From a virus, in the IMG/VR virus record IMGVR_UViG_3300030002_000003, positions 1 through 64,000 of that record: 64,000 nucleotides of DNA. One strand, 5' to 3'. The translations under genes were made by a program, and so were the position numbers. Shown in pieces: positions 19,073-28,451 of this stretch (its first letter is position 1; every line of letters starts with the position of its first letter). The notes under the pieces are model-generated. The model was not told the DNA's origin and searched no databases. It saw only the letters and a list, made by a program, of their open reading frames with translations.

Positions 19073-19231
19073 ATGAACTTAACTGAACTAACTGTAGACC
19101 AACTAAAAGTAATTGCATTCGATCAAATTCAATTACTAGAGCAAAGTAAAAATAACCTATCATTAATATACGCTGAACTTTCAAAAAGAAATGAAAGCCA
19201 AACTAAAGATGAAGTAGCTAATGACAAATAA
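19073..19231 (+). CDS. Small coiled-coil protein (52 aa, absent from ORF track)
   Basis: MNLTELTVDQLKVIAFDQIQLLEQSKNNLSLIYAELSKR...; overlaps the start of the next gene. Confidence 0.6.
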   Translation: MNLTELTVDQLKVIAFDQIQLLEQSKNNLSLIYAELSKRNESQTKDEVANDK

Positions 19232-19505
19232 GACAGAAGTGAGTAAATTTTCATATGCAGAAGCCATGAGTAATTCAAATGGCAAGACAAGTGGCTCTAA
19301 GCTGAATGGAGATAAAATAGTAACAATAGGATGTATCTCATTCTTGCTTTGTACATCTGCATTATTTTTAGATATAAGGGATGCTTTAGCATTCGGAGCA
19401 TTATCTGCTGGGGTTATAGCCACTGGAGCAGGGTTGCTTGGGTACTCAAAAAAGCACGCAACACAGGACACAACAAATTCAATAGACATCGACAAACAAG
19501 AATAA
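19221..19505 (+). CDS. Putative holin (two TM helices)
   Basis: Two hydrophobic segments (IVTIGCISFLLCTSALFL; ALAFGALSAGVIATGAGLLG), charged tail, upstream of the endolysin. Confidence 0.55.
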   Translation: MTNKTEVSKFSYAEAMSNSNGKTSGSKLNGDKIVTIGCISFLLCTSALFLDIRDALAFGALSAGVIATGAGLLGYSKKHATQDTTNSIDIDKQE

Positions 19506-19509
19506 TTAA

Positions 19510-19830
19510 ATGAGTACTTCGGAAATCATAATGATAGTCGGTATAGCCTTAGTCAATATAGGCGGACTACTAACTGTCTTTACTAACCTCAATGTGAAGA
19601 TAACAGAAACTGCTAAGGATATTCTATCACTTAGAGACGATATGGAAGAGCACAAGAATAAAAATAGGGACGATATTCGTGAAATAAAGGAGATCGTTTA
19701 CAGAGATCGTAATGAGAATAGAGAAGATCATAACTCCTTGATGAGAGAGATTGGATGTATATCTAAGAGCATTTCTGACCTAAAAACAGATTTAAAAGAT
19801 GATTTAATTCAAATCATGAAACGAAAATAA
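19510..19830 (+). CDS. Single-TM coiled-coil protein (holin/antiholin-like)
   Basis: N-terminal TM IIMIVGIALVNIGGLLTVF followed by charged heptads. Confidence 0.5.
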   Translation: MSTSEIIMIVGIALVNIGGLLTVFTNLNVKITETAKDILSLRDDMEEHKNKNRDDIREIKEIVYRDRNENREDHNSLMREIGCISKSISDLKTDLKDDLIQIMKRK

Positions 19831-19831
19831 C

Positions 19832-20458
19832 ATGAACATAAAATTAAGTATTTTAAAAATAGCCATTACTTCCGTACTGGCTATTTGTTCTTTAGGGGGT
19901 ATAATAACCGGAATAAAGAACTATTACTCGCTGAAAGAACAATTAACTAACGAAACTAGCAATAGGAAGGCATATGAGAATATGAATTCAGCATTAAAGA
20001 ATGATAAGCGTGTCCTAAGGCTATCTGTATCCGATTTAAGAGACTCAAATGATAAATACATACATTCTATGGATTCATTAAGAAAGTCGCTTAAATTGCC
20101 TAAGAAGAAGTCTGGTGACGTTTCTACGGGCATAAGTACTACTATTCACGACACTGCGTACGTAGAACTACCAAAACCAGCTGAATGCGACATAGATACC
20201 ACCATAATTCATAACGAATTTACAAATACCAGAGTTATTTTACACGAAAATCAACTAAAAGCAATACTTGATGTAAACAATACTGAGTATTTATACGTTT
20301 ACTCATCGAGGGAGTTCGTAAATAGTAGGAAGGGATGGCTGGATAGGTTATTACATTTAGACTATAGGAAAGAAGATATAGAACGATATGAGATAGTTAA
20401 TACCAATGATTTAATTAAGGTAGGAGATGTTCGTATAATTAAAACAGTAGATAAATAA
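19832..20458 (+). CDS. Putative spanin-like membrane protein (Bacteroidota phage type)
   Basis: N-terminal TM, coiled coil, then a beta-rich C-terminus with '..WLDRLLHLDYRK'; lies in the lysis cluster. Confidence 0.5.
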   Translation: MNIKLSILKIAITSVLAICSLGGIITGIKNYYSLKEQLTNETSNRKAYENMNSALKNDKRVLRLSVSDLRDSNDKYIHSMDSLRKSLKLPKKKSGDVSTGISTTIHDTAYVELPKPAECDIDTTIIHNEFTNTRVILHENQLKAILDVNNTEYLYVYSSREFVNSRKGWLDRLLHLDYRKEDIERYEIVNTNDLIKVGDVRIIKTVDK

Positions 20459-20889
20459 TGAAACTAGAATTAAAAAGGAAAGCATTAATGGATACCTATA
20501 CCATAGGTGATCTGTTTTTAAATGACGTATTCTTCTGTAATGTACTTGAAGATACAGTCAGAGATTTGAACAAAGATGGCGATCTTGACGAAAAAGGGGA
20601 GGAGAAGGTTTATGGGCAAACTGCAATTCCTTATGGTACCTATACTATAGATCTTACTCATTCTAATAGATTTAAAAAAATACTTCCATTACTTGAAAAT
20701 GTGAAAGGATTTGAAGGAATTAGAATTCATCCAGGCAATACCGCAGTAGATACTCATGGGTGTCTATTAGTTGGGAACAATACTGAAAAAGGAATGGTTA
20801 CTGATTCTAGGAAGGTTTTTGAAAAACTAATGATTAGATTAGTAGACGCTCACGAAATGAAAGAAACAATTACAATTAAAATATCATAA
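20458..20889 (+). CDS. Putative endolysin, DUF5675-type (L,D-transpeptidase-like fold)
   Basis: YTIG.L...FC..LED, TAIPYGTY, and GIRIHPGNT..DTHGCLLVG (His/Cys pair). Confidence 0.75.
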   Translation: MKLELKRKALMDTYTIGDLFLNDVFFCNVLEDTVRDLNKDGDLDEKGEEKVYGQTAIPYGTYTIDLTHSNRFKKILPLLENVKGFEGIRIHPGNTAVDTHGCLLVGNNTEKGMVTDSRKVFEKLMIRLVDAHEMKETITIKIS

Positions 20890-21551
20890 TGGTAAGACTG
20901 AATACACTCAACACTCTTATAGATGACATACTAAACGAGGCAAGGAATAGCAATATATCTGAGTCTGAGTCGTTGAGTAGGATTCAGATAGAGCAATGGA
21001 TAGTTCAATATAGAGCAATCCTGATAAAACAAGATATAGATAAAGGTAGAGATATCAATCCAGACTATGTACAAGAAATGGAGCTGGTTAAGCTAGTTGA
21101 GGCTGGTAATAGCCCTTCGTATATAGACAATAGAAGGTGGACCGCTAAAACAGATATAGTCATACCCAAAACTATAGACTTTCATTTTGGTACCGGAATA
21201 ACTGCAATAACAGACCTAATGGGAAATAAGATACAATTAGCCACTGAGTATATTGCAAACATGCAAAGTAATAGACGTTACACTAGCAATGACTATATAG
21301 CGTACAAGAAGGGTGATAGACTGATGATATCTGGTCCTAATGAATTAGGAGCTGTTAATATAAGAGGAGTTTTTGAGAATCCATCAGAAGCCTCAGTTAA
21401 TTTTAGTGCAGATGACTTATATCCTATACCGGTAAATATGTTGCCAGTTATAAAGGAAATGATATTTGCAAAGGAACTTAAGTTGCAGTTTCCTTCTGAC
21501 ACTACTAATAATTCTACAAACGATATTCAGCAAGTAAATAATGCCAGATAG
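20889..21551 (+). CDS. Tail ring protein
   Basis: 'LSRIQIEQWI.QYRA.LIKQDIDK', 'IRGVFENP' and 'YPIP..M' are typical of the crAss ring protein preceding the IHF-like gene. Confidence 0.65.
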   Translation: MVRLNTLNTLIDDILNEARNSNISESESLSRIQIEQWIVQYRAILIKQDIDKGRDINPDYVQEMELVKLVEAGNSPSYIDNRRWTAKTDIVIPKTIDFHFGTGITAITDLMGNKIQLATEYIANMQSNRRYTSNDYIAYKKGDRLMISGPNELGAVNIRGVFENPSEASVNFSADDLYPIPVNMLPVIKEMIFAKELKLQFPSDTTNNSTNDIQQVNNAR

Positions 21552-21987
21552 AAATTCATATACTATAGAAGATTACTATCTATCATATAAAGAGTACGTA
21601 TCAGACAATAGATTATATCAGGTTTCAAAAGCTAAGTTTAGGGAGATATTAAATGATTACTTCAAATACTTAGCTACTGAGCTGATAGACAACTCAAAGG
21701 AGATACGACTACCAGCTAGAATGGGTACGCTATGCGTAATAAAGAAGAAGCCTAAACGCTACGACTTCACCTATCTTAGAGTAGATTTTCACGAGACTAA
21801 AGCTTGTGAGAAAACAGTACTTCATTTGAATGAGCATTCCGATGGATATAATTATCAGTTCTTTTGGTCTAAGCACGATATGCTTATAAGATGCAAAAGT
21901 ATGTACGAATTGGTAATGTCTAGAGCCAATAAAAGAAGACTAGCAAAAGAAATAAAAGAAAATAAACAAGATTACATAGAGAAATAA
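21541..21987 (+). CDS. IHF/HU-like protein of the crAss tail module
   Basis: 'EIRLPARMGTLCVIKKK' and 'HLNEHSDGY.Y.F.W'; conserved position before the tubular protein. Confidence 0.7.
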   Translation: MPDRNSYTIEDYYLSYKEYVSDNRLYQVSKAKFREILNDYFKYLATELIDNSKEIRLPARMGTLCVIKKKPKRYDFTYLRVDFHETKACEKTVLHLNEHSDGYNYQFFWSKHDMLIRCKSMYELVMSRANKRRLAKEIKENKQDYIEK

Positions 21988-22886
21988 TGATCTATAAATA
22001 CATATCGAGCAAGCAGGTCGTATCAAAGATACTGTCTGATCTTGACATTAGAGAAGAGGATGTTAGAATATCTAGTATTCTTGAATGGATTGGAGAGGCT
22101 GTTGAAAAGATAGGTTCTGTTACTCAGCTAGATAGAAAGATATCTGGAGTAGATGGGGAACCTATTATTCCTATTATTGGAAATCAAGCTCAACTTCCAG
22201 CATCACTGCATAGGCTTAACCAAGTTACATATTCGCCAAATTTAAACGGACCATGGATTCCAATGAGCGCTTCAACGAGTTCGTTTAACGTATGGAAATC
22301 AACAGATAAAGTTTCAGGCGAAGTGTCTGATCCGATACCTTCTCAAGAGCTTATAATAAACATCGTTAGATCATTATACAATGTTGGATCTGAGGAAGCG
22401 CTTAAGCTTATAAATGAGAATGCGAATATAAGGCCAATGATTGTTAGTCTGTTGTCCATAGCTGGACAAGGGATTACAGTTCCTAATGGTGGAATAAAGT
22501 ATTCAATTAAACCTGGATATATAGTGACTAATATACCTACTGGATACCTAAGAATAAGCTACGACTCAGTTAAGGTTGATTCGAATGGATATATGCTTAT
22601 ACCCGACTTAATGTCATATATAGAAGCTGTGTACTGGTACGTAGTAATGAAACTAAAATACCCAGAATACATGTCAGGCCGAATGAATAGAGAGATCTAT
22701 TACGATATGAGAAGGTCTTGGAATTTCTACTGTAAGCAAGCATATGCTGAATCACTTATGCCAAACGAAGATGGAATGGAAGCTATAAAGAATGTATGGG
22801 TTAAATTGATTCCAAACATGAACGCTCATTCATCAATGTTTGAAGATATAACACTCTCTGAAGGGTATAAAGACCAATCTAGATAA
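21987..22886 (+). CDS. Tail tubular/ring protein (P22 gp4-like adaptor)
   Basis: 'IIEWIGEA'-like motif (ILEWIGEAVEKIG), 'YSIKPGYIVTN..G.L.ISY', 'D..GY.LIPD..SY.EA' and 'W.FYCKQA'. Confidence 0.7.
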   Translation: MIYKYISSKQVVSKILSDLDIREEDVRISSILEWIGEAVEKIGSVTQLDRKISGVDGEPIIPIIGNQAQLPASLHRLNQVTYSPNLNGPWIPMSASTSSFNVWKSTDKVSGEVSDPIPSQELIINIVRSLYNVGSEEALKLINENANIRPMIVSLLSIAGQGITVPNGGIKYSIKPGYIVTNIPTGYLRISYDSVKVDSNGYMLIPDLMSYIEAVYWYVVMKLKYPEYMSGRMNREIYYDMRRSWNFYCKQAYAESLMPNEDGMEAIKNVWVKLIPNMNAHSSMFEDITLSEGYKDQSR

Positions 22887-22887
22887 T

Positions 22888-25800
22888 ATGAATCCAAGAA
22901 CAGGTAAAAAAGTAGCAAATACTTTTGGAAAGGGGATGAATCTTGATCTAGATAAATCCTTATTGAATAAAGATCAGTACAGATATGCGGAGAATATAAG
23001 ATGCGTTGCTAATAACAATGCGACTTCTGGAGCAATAACAAATATACAAAGCTCAAAATTAGTCGACCTTTCGTTCGGTGCGAATGAAAAGATAATAGGT
23101 ACTACAGCAATTAGAAATATTGGTGTAGTTTTTACGTTTGATACAGTCACTAATAAGAATAGACTATACAGAATAGATTTCTCAAATCCTCTAATCCCAG
23201 TAAAGAAAAATGTTTTGCCTGGCAATCCAGGGAGAGTAGTAGGACTTGACGTTGGAGTAGATATGGGAATAAACGAATCTAGCGTACTAAGTATAGTTGG
23301 TAGGTTTGAGGATTTCGATAATATTAAAGTATATTGGGCTGATGGATTATCATACATGAGATCTGTTAATATAGCTGCATCTAACGACATTAAGAATGAA
23401 ATCATAGATAATGTATCAACGCTAGATATACTTCCCTCTACGGCCTTTAAAAGGCCATCTATCTATGGTATTGACTCTGGTTTGTTGAACTCTGGTCTGA
23501 TACAGTATTACTATCAGTTGTTTAACTCATCTGGTAGCGAAACTGCGGTTAGCCAGCCAAGCCCAATGGTCCACTTAACTGAGTCTGTAATCAAACAGAA
23601 GAGTATAGATTATCTTGGAACTGGGCTTGGAGATAAATATGGTAAATCTGCGAACAAATCAGTAAAAGTAGAAATAGGAATACCAGAAGGGAATAAGCTT
23701 TCTAAAATTAGATTAATATCAGTATACTATTATAATTATGCTGAAGTTCCGGTTATACACATAGTTAAAGAGCTAGATCTAGTTGAATCTAATTCAGGAT
23801 CCTCTATAATAATAGAGGATAGTGGATCTGGTGCTATAGGAGAATTGTCAGTACAGGAGTTCGCTTCTATAGGGGGCTATCTATTTAAACCTAATTATCT
23901 AGAATCTAAAGACAATATTCTGTTCGCAGGAAACGTTAAAGAAGATACTTGGGATATGCCTAATCCTGGAGAACCTGGATACTATGATACTAGAGCATAT
24001 CAGTTTGATATAAACGGATATTGCCATATAAAAAACGGTTCTGTAACAAATACTTATTCATCAGAAGTTATAGGTACAGTTCCGACTACGCATGACTCAA
24101 TACACGATGAAATATATACTGTAGATAAATATTCGTCACTTACTGATATATACGACGCTAACGGTAATCTAGGTGGATCTGGAGTTAACGTAAGCTATTT
24201 GTTTACTAATACATACTTTGTAGAATCATATGGAGATTTTTGGAGCAACACTCCTGGAATTACTAAGCCAGCTGGAGATGCAGCTAGATTCATAGACAAT
24301 AGGACTGCTAGGATTGGAGACGTAAAAAGAGAAATAGACTCAGTACGCATATTTAAGAGCGATGGTACATATTGTAATTCAGATATAACTAATTTTGGTC
24401 TACCAGTTCATGAAGGTCCACTAAACTATGCTAATCCATATCTATCTAATAATTTTAAATCTTATCAAAGGGATGAGATTTACAGGTTCGCTGCTGTATT
24501 TTACGATTCTAAAGGAAGAAGTACTACTGCAAAATGGATAGCAGATATTAGATTTCCGGCTGGATATGTAAGCAACTCTGAATGGAATTCAAGTATATTT
24601 GAGATGCCAGAAGAAACTGATAACCTTGGATATTCCGACATCACAATGTTAAAGAATCAAGAGCTATTAGTAAAGCCGCTTGGATTATCATTTAACTTTA
24701 ATAATATACCTTCTAATATTAGCAGGATAGAGATAGTCAGAGCTAAGAGAGATTTAATCAATAAGACTATATTGTCTCAAGGGGTGGTCCAAAAAGTTGG
24801 AACGTACCATGACAGTATAGGCGATAGTGATCTTACTCCTCCGATAGAAGGAAGCATAATGCCACACCCATTTATTGCGATGGGATATAACTACTCGTCA
24901 CTTGGCCCAGTATACGAAATACTTGAGACTGGATATAACTCAAACGACATAGCGGTTCCATGGACTTCAGACAATAAATGTTGCTTCTTTGGCTTTCCTA
25001 ATGCAATAGTATGGGAAAGATCTGGTGCCGATACTACTCAATTTGTAGGATACGATGACTTTGGTGGAGGAAGAAATGTAAGATATGACTTCACTAAGCA
25101 TGCATTATCTCCATATAGAGCAAGCAATACTGACTTCTTGTTTATAAACCCGGAAACTTCTTTTTACGGAGTAGATTTTACTGAACAGATTAGAGGAATA
25201 ACTACTAATCCTACATTTGAAACTGTAGACATAATATTCCCTAAATCAACTCCACCTACATTATTAACTGCTAGGGGAGATACTGGAAGAAGTTCATATT
25301 ACGGAAGTCCGCTACACGAAAGACTATCGTTCTATGGTGGCGGTAAATGGAACCCATCTTCTTTATATTTTGGTGCTGATATAAATACAAAGAACAGGAA
25401 TAACACAACATTCTTTTCTTTGTTTGGTTTATTTGGAATGGATATGAAGAATATAAATCCAAGCTTTGATCACAATTTAGCATTAGATTTATGTAAAGTA
25501 ATACCTGCTCCAGAGAAACTTGATATATATCCACCTACGCTAAATGATGGAATAAATAACATTACGTACCCAAGGGGATATGTTGCGACTGGCGGAGCAT
25601 ACGTAACATCAACTGGAGATCAACAAGCTTCGTATAGAAGTGGATCTGGAAGAGTATTTAGCGATGCGGCTGCATTTGATAACGGAAGACCAATGTGTGA
25701 TATACCACCAGCCTACTATACTGCTAGCATTGAAGGTGGTTTGATTGGTGGAACGTTCAAATACTTCAGAAGGCTATTCGATGTTAAGAATGACTCAAAG

Positions 25801-27321
25801 ACTATAAAGCTTCTATACCAAAACAGCAGGAACATTACAAATAAAACTATAGAGACTACTTCTAATCCATTTGGATCAGATTATACTAGAAGACTGTTTC
25901 AAGCAGATTCATTTGAATACTCTGGAGATACGTTGCCAAAAACAAAGGCTGGATTAATTACACCCGATAGATATGTGTCTAACGGAGGTAAACAATATTT
26001 AAATCTATCATATTCACTGACTATTGGAGATTGTAGGGACTTTAATGGAGCTAAATCTGAAATAGATGACGTATATACTAGCTCTGTATTAGCTATATCT
26101 GGAACAAAGGCTTCAGGACATCACGGAGAAGGAATAATATTTTCAGTTAATAATGAGAATACAATACCTCATATGTTATCCATAGATACGGTTAGAAACG
26201 AATACTCTAATTCTAACTACTCTACTGAACATAAGCGACTTGATAAGATGGGGATGGCCACTCTTTCTACATATATAATGAATATGAAGAAGATGAATAG
26301 CAGTATATACGGTGGATCATCTATAGTTGATAGACAATTTACTGAATATATATCTACTGGATATTCTATTAACCCTGAAGAAGCGACAAACGTTGATGTA
26401 TTTGGAGGTGACACTTTCATAGGAATATTTGACTATACTATAACCAGGTCTACAGAACCTATGATGGGTAATGCTGGAATGGATAGCGGCCTATTTGTAA
26501 CTGAAGAATGTCTTGCTGCTCAAGCTAAGCACGTAGGTGCTATGATACCATTAGAATCATCTATAAACTTACACCTGGTTAATTCTAAGTCATACGTGGC
26601 TAGTAGCTATAATGGAGATATAGAAAAGAATCCAGGATCATATATGCCAGCCGGTTCATATGGAGGAACATATACATCAGTTCAAGAGCTACCTCAGTAC
26701 GCATATAACTCAGCGTACTCAGCGGAACCTACAGCATTGTCGTATTACCCTAGATTAATAGGTACTGAGTCAAATAAATCATTTGATTGTAGAGTTTATT
26801 CGTCAGAGGTTAAGACTAATGATGAGTTATCTGACAGTTGGACTAAGTTCAAAGTTGCTAATTATATAGATGTTGACTCTGAATTTGGTAGACTGACCAA
26901 TTTGTATAAATTCAACAATAAGCTATTTTTCTGGCAAGATAATTCGTTTGGAGTTTTATCAGTAAACGAACGATCACTGATGAAAGATAATAACCTTACT
27001 GAATTGGTACTTGGGACGTCTGGAATACTTACTAGATTTGATTATATATCTACAAGCAATGGATTTAAATACGGCATCATAGGGGGCATTTCTAGCTCTG
27101 ATAATACTCTTTACTGGTATGACTCAGACAGGGCGGAGATCGTCGCTTACAGGGGCTCTATTGGTGCTCTATCGAAGCTTAAAGGAGTTCAATCGATATT
27201 GAATGATAGCAAATCTACAATAAATGAAGAAGGAAACAATATTCCTATCATATACGACAAGAAATATAACGAGATTATGATATCTCTTTACGGCATAAAG
27301 GATGCCTCTACTATAGAATAA
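22888..27321 (+). CDS. Muzzle/tail stabilisation protein (P22 gp10-like), N-terminal part
   Basis: NTF.KGMNLD.D, YRYAENIR, KSYQRDEIYRFA, VFGGDTFI, DSWTKFK.ANY.DVD..FG, LGTSGIL.R.DY, and YDKKYNE near the end. Confidence 0.8.
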   Translation: MNPRTGKKVANTFGKGMNLDLDKSLLNKDQYRYAENIRCVANNNATSGAITNIQSSKLVDLSFGANEKIIGTTAIRNIGVVFTFDTVTNKNRLYRIDFSNPLIPVKKNVLPGNPGRVVGLDVGVDMGINESSVLSIVGRFEDFDNIKVYWADGLSYMRSVNIAASNDIKNEIIDNVSTLDILPSTAFKRPSIYGIDSGLLNSGLIQYYYQLFNSSGSETAVSQPSPMVHLTESVIKQKSIDYLGTGLGDKYGKSANKSVKVEIGIPEGNKLSKIRLISVYYYNYAEVPVIHIVKELDLVESNSGSSIIIEDSGSGAIGELSVQEFASIGGYLFKPNYLESKDNILFAGNVKEDTWDMPNPGEPGYYDTRAYQFDINGYCHIKNGSVTNTYSSEVIGTVPTTHDSIHDEIYTVDKYSSLTDIYDANGNLGGSGVNVSYLFTNTYFVESYGDFWSNTPGITKPAGDAARFIDNRTARIGDVKREIDSVRIFKSDGTYCNSDITNFGLPVHEGPLNYANPYLSNNFKSYQRDEIYRFAAVFYDSKGRSTTAKWIADIRFPAGYVSNSEWNSSIFEMPEETDNLGYSDITMLKNQELLVKPLGLSFNFNNIPSNISRIEIVRAKRDLINKTILSQGVVQKVGTYHDSIGDSDLTPPIEGSIMPHPFIAMGYNYSSLGPVYEILETGYNSNDIAVPWTSDNKCCFFGFPNAIVWERSGADTTQFVGYDDFGGGRNVRYDFTKHALSPYRASNTDFLFINPETSFYGVDFTEQIRGITTNPTFETVDIIFPKSTPPTLLTARGDTGRSSYYGSPLHERLSFYGGGKWNPSSLYFGADINTKNRNNTTFFSLFGLFGMDMKNINPSFDHNLALDLCKVIPAPEKLDIYPPTLNDGINNITYPRGYVATGGAYVTSTGDQQASYRSGSGRVFSDAAAFDNGRPMCDIPPAYYTASIEGGLIGGTFKYFRRLFDVKNDSKTIKLLYQNSRNITNKTIETTSNPFGSDYTRRLFQADSFEYSGDTLPKTKAGLITPDRYVSNGGKQYLNLSYSLTIGDCRDFNGAKSEIDDVYTSSVLAISGTKASGHHGEGIIFSVNNENTIPHMLSIDTVRNEYSNSNYSTEHKRLDKMGMATLSTYIMNMKKMNSSIYGGSSIVDRQFTEYISTGYSINPEEATNVDVFGGDTFIGIFDYTITRSTEPMMGNAGMDSGLFVTEECLAAQAKHVGAMIPLESSINLHLVNSKSYVASSYNGDIEKNPGSYMPAGSYGGTYTSVQELPQYAYNSAYSAEPTALSYYPRLIGTESNKSFDCRVYSSEVKTNDELSDSWTKFKVANYIDVDSEFGRLTNLYKFNNKLFFWQDNSFGVLSVNERSLMKDNNLTELVLGTSGILTRFDYISTSNGFKYGIIGGISSSDNTLYWYDSDRAEIVAYRGSIGALSKLKGVQSILNDSKSTINEEGNNIPIIYDKKYNEIMISLYGIKDASTIE

Positions 27322-27322
27322 T

Positions 27323-28450
27323 ATGCTAAGCACATTAAACTACTCAGAAGCCATAGAGGCTTTTTCATCATTTATCTCATCTGATCCTAAATGGTATATT
27401 GATTTAAAGGGATCGTATTACTCATTTGATGCAGACGGTAAATGTTTTCTTCATAATGTAGAGAATGACTATAATAGAATGAAAGATACATATACTCCAG
27501 ATAGATCATTCATTAGATTTCTAATAAATGATGATTATGAAGTTACAAAAACATTTGACAATGTATCATATTCTGCTGATTTTCATCCTACTGAAAATAT
27601 AGTTCCATTGCAATTTAAAACTAGATTGTACACTACAGATAAGGTTGAATTTATAGATAGTAGAGAAGATACTTATAAGTTTTCTATACCTAGAGATAGC
27701 TCAGAAGACATATCTTCATCGTCGTCAAAAACTATAAAACACGGTAGACTTTATAGCTGGGATGCCTTTATAGATTCTAGAGGAATCGCCCCTTCTGGCT
27801 GGCATATTCCAAGTCTAGAGGAATGGCAAACCTTAATCACTTACTCAGGAGGAAGTGAGGCTGGCGGAAAACTTAAAGAAGTCGGCACCCTTAATTGGAA
27901 CTCCCCAAATACAGGAGCTACAAATGAATCTAATTTTACGGCTTTGCCAAGCGGAATAAGGTATGGTTCTGATATAAATATTGGAGATGAATGTTCTTTT
28001 TGGGCTTTAGAACAATATTATATCAAATTAGAGCATGATAATGGCAGTGTTAGCACAGTGTATTTATACAATACTGGTGGACAAGCAAAATCAATAAGAT
28101 TAATCAAAGATGACTCCATAAATGAAGGAGATATTATAATTGATGGAGATACGTATAATTCGGTTACTATTGGTACTCAGGTTTGGCTAAAACAAAATCT
28201 CGCTGTTAAGCATTATCAAAACGGAGACCTAATAGGATCTGATTTCTCTGGAACAATTGGCGCCGTTGAGGCGTATAATGGAGATGAGAATAATGTATAC
28301 GCAATAGTAAATATTCCTGAATCAAAAGCATTATTTGCATCCAGGCTTAGAGGTAAGTACATGGTATGCGATTACGAATTTAAAAGCAATGATGGGTATA
28401 CGTTCAGATTGCCTTATATAGAAACAACATATAGATATTCAATGATATAA
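27323..28450 (+). CDS. Muzzle C-terminal part as a separate ORF, carrying an inserted permuted Fib_succ_major domain
   Basis: TL.YSE...AFSSF, TKTFDNV, RED.YK..IPR ... RLRGKY ... TTYRYSMI are muzzle C-terminal motifs; HGRLYSW...SIRLIKD...VTIGTQVW lies between IPR and RLRGKY. Confidence 0.75.
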   Translation: MLSTLNYSEAIEAFSSFISSDPKWYIDLKGSYYSFDADGKCFLHNVENDYNRMKDTYTPDRSFIRFLINDDYEVTKTFDNVSYSADFHPTENIVPLQFKTRLYTTDKVEFIDSREDTYKFSIPRDSSEDISSSSSKTIKHGRLYSWDAFIDSRGIAPSGWHIPSLEEWQTLITYSGGSEAGGKLKEVGTLNWNSPNTGATNESNFTALPSGIRYGSDINIGDECSFWALEQYYIKLEHDNGSVSTVYLYNTGGQAKSIRLIKDDSINEGDIIIDGDTYNSVTIGTQVWLKQNLAVKHYQNGDLIGSDFSGTIGAVEAYNGDENNVYAIVNIPESKALFASRLRGKYMVCDYEFKSNDGYTFRLPYIETTYRYSMI

Positions 28451-28451
28451 T

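Noticed and set aside
17598-28450. Diversity-generating retroelement targeting the Fib_succ_major domains
   Set aside because: No reverse transcriptase and no near-identical template repeat differing only at adenines in this window; the two copies differ throughout. A DGR elsewhere in the genome cannot be excluded.
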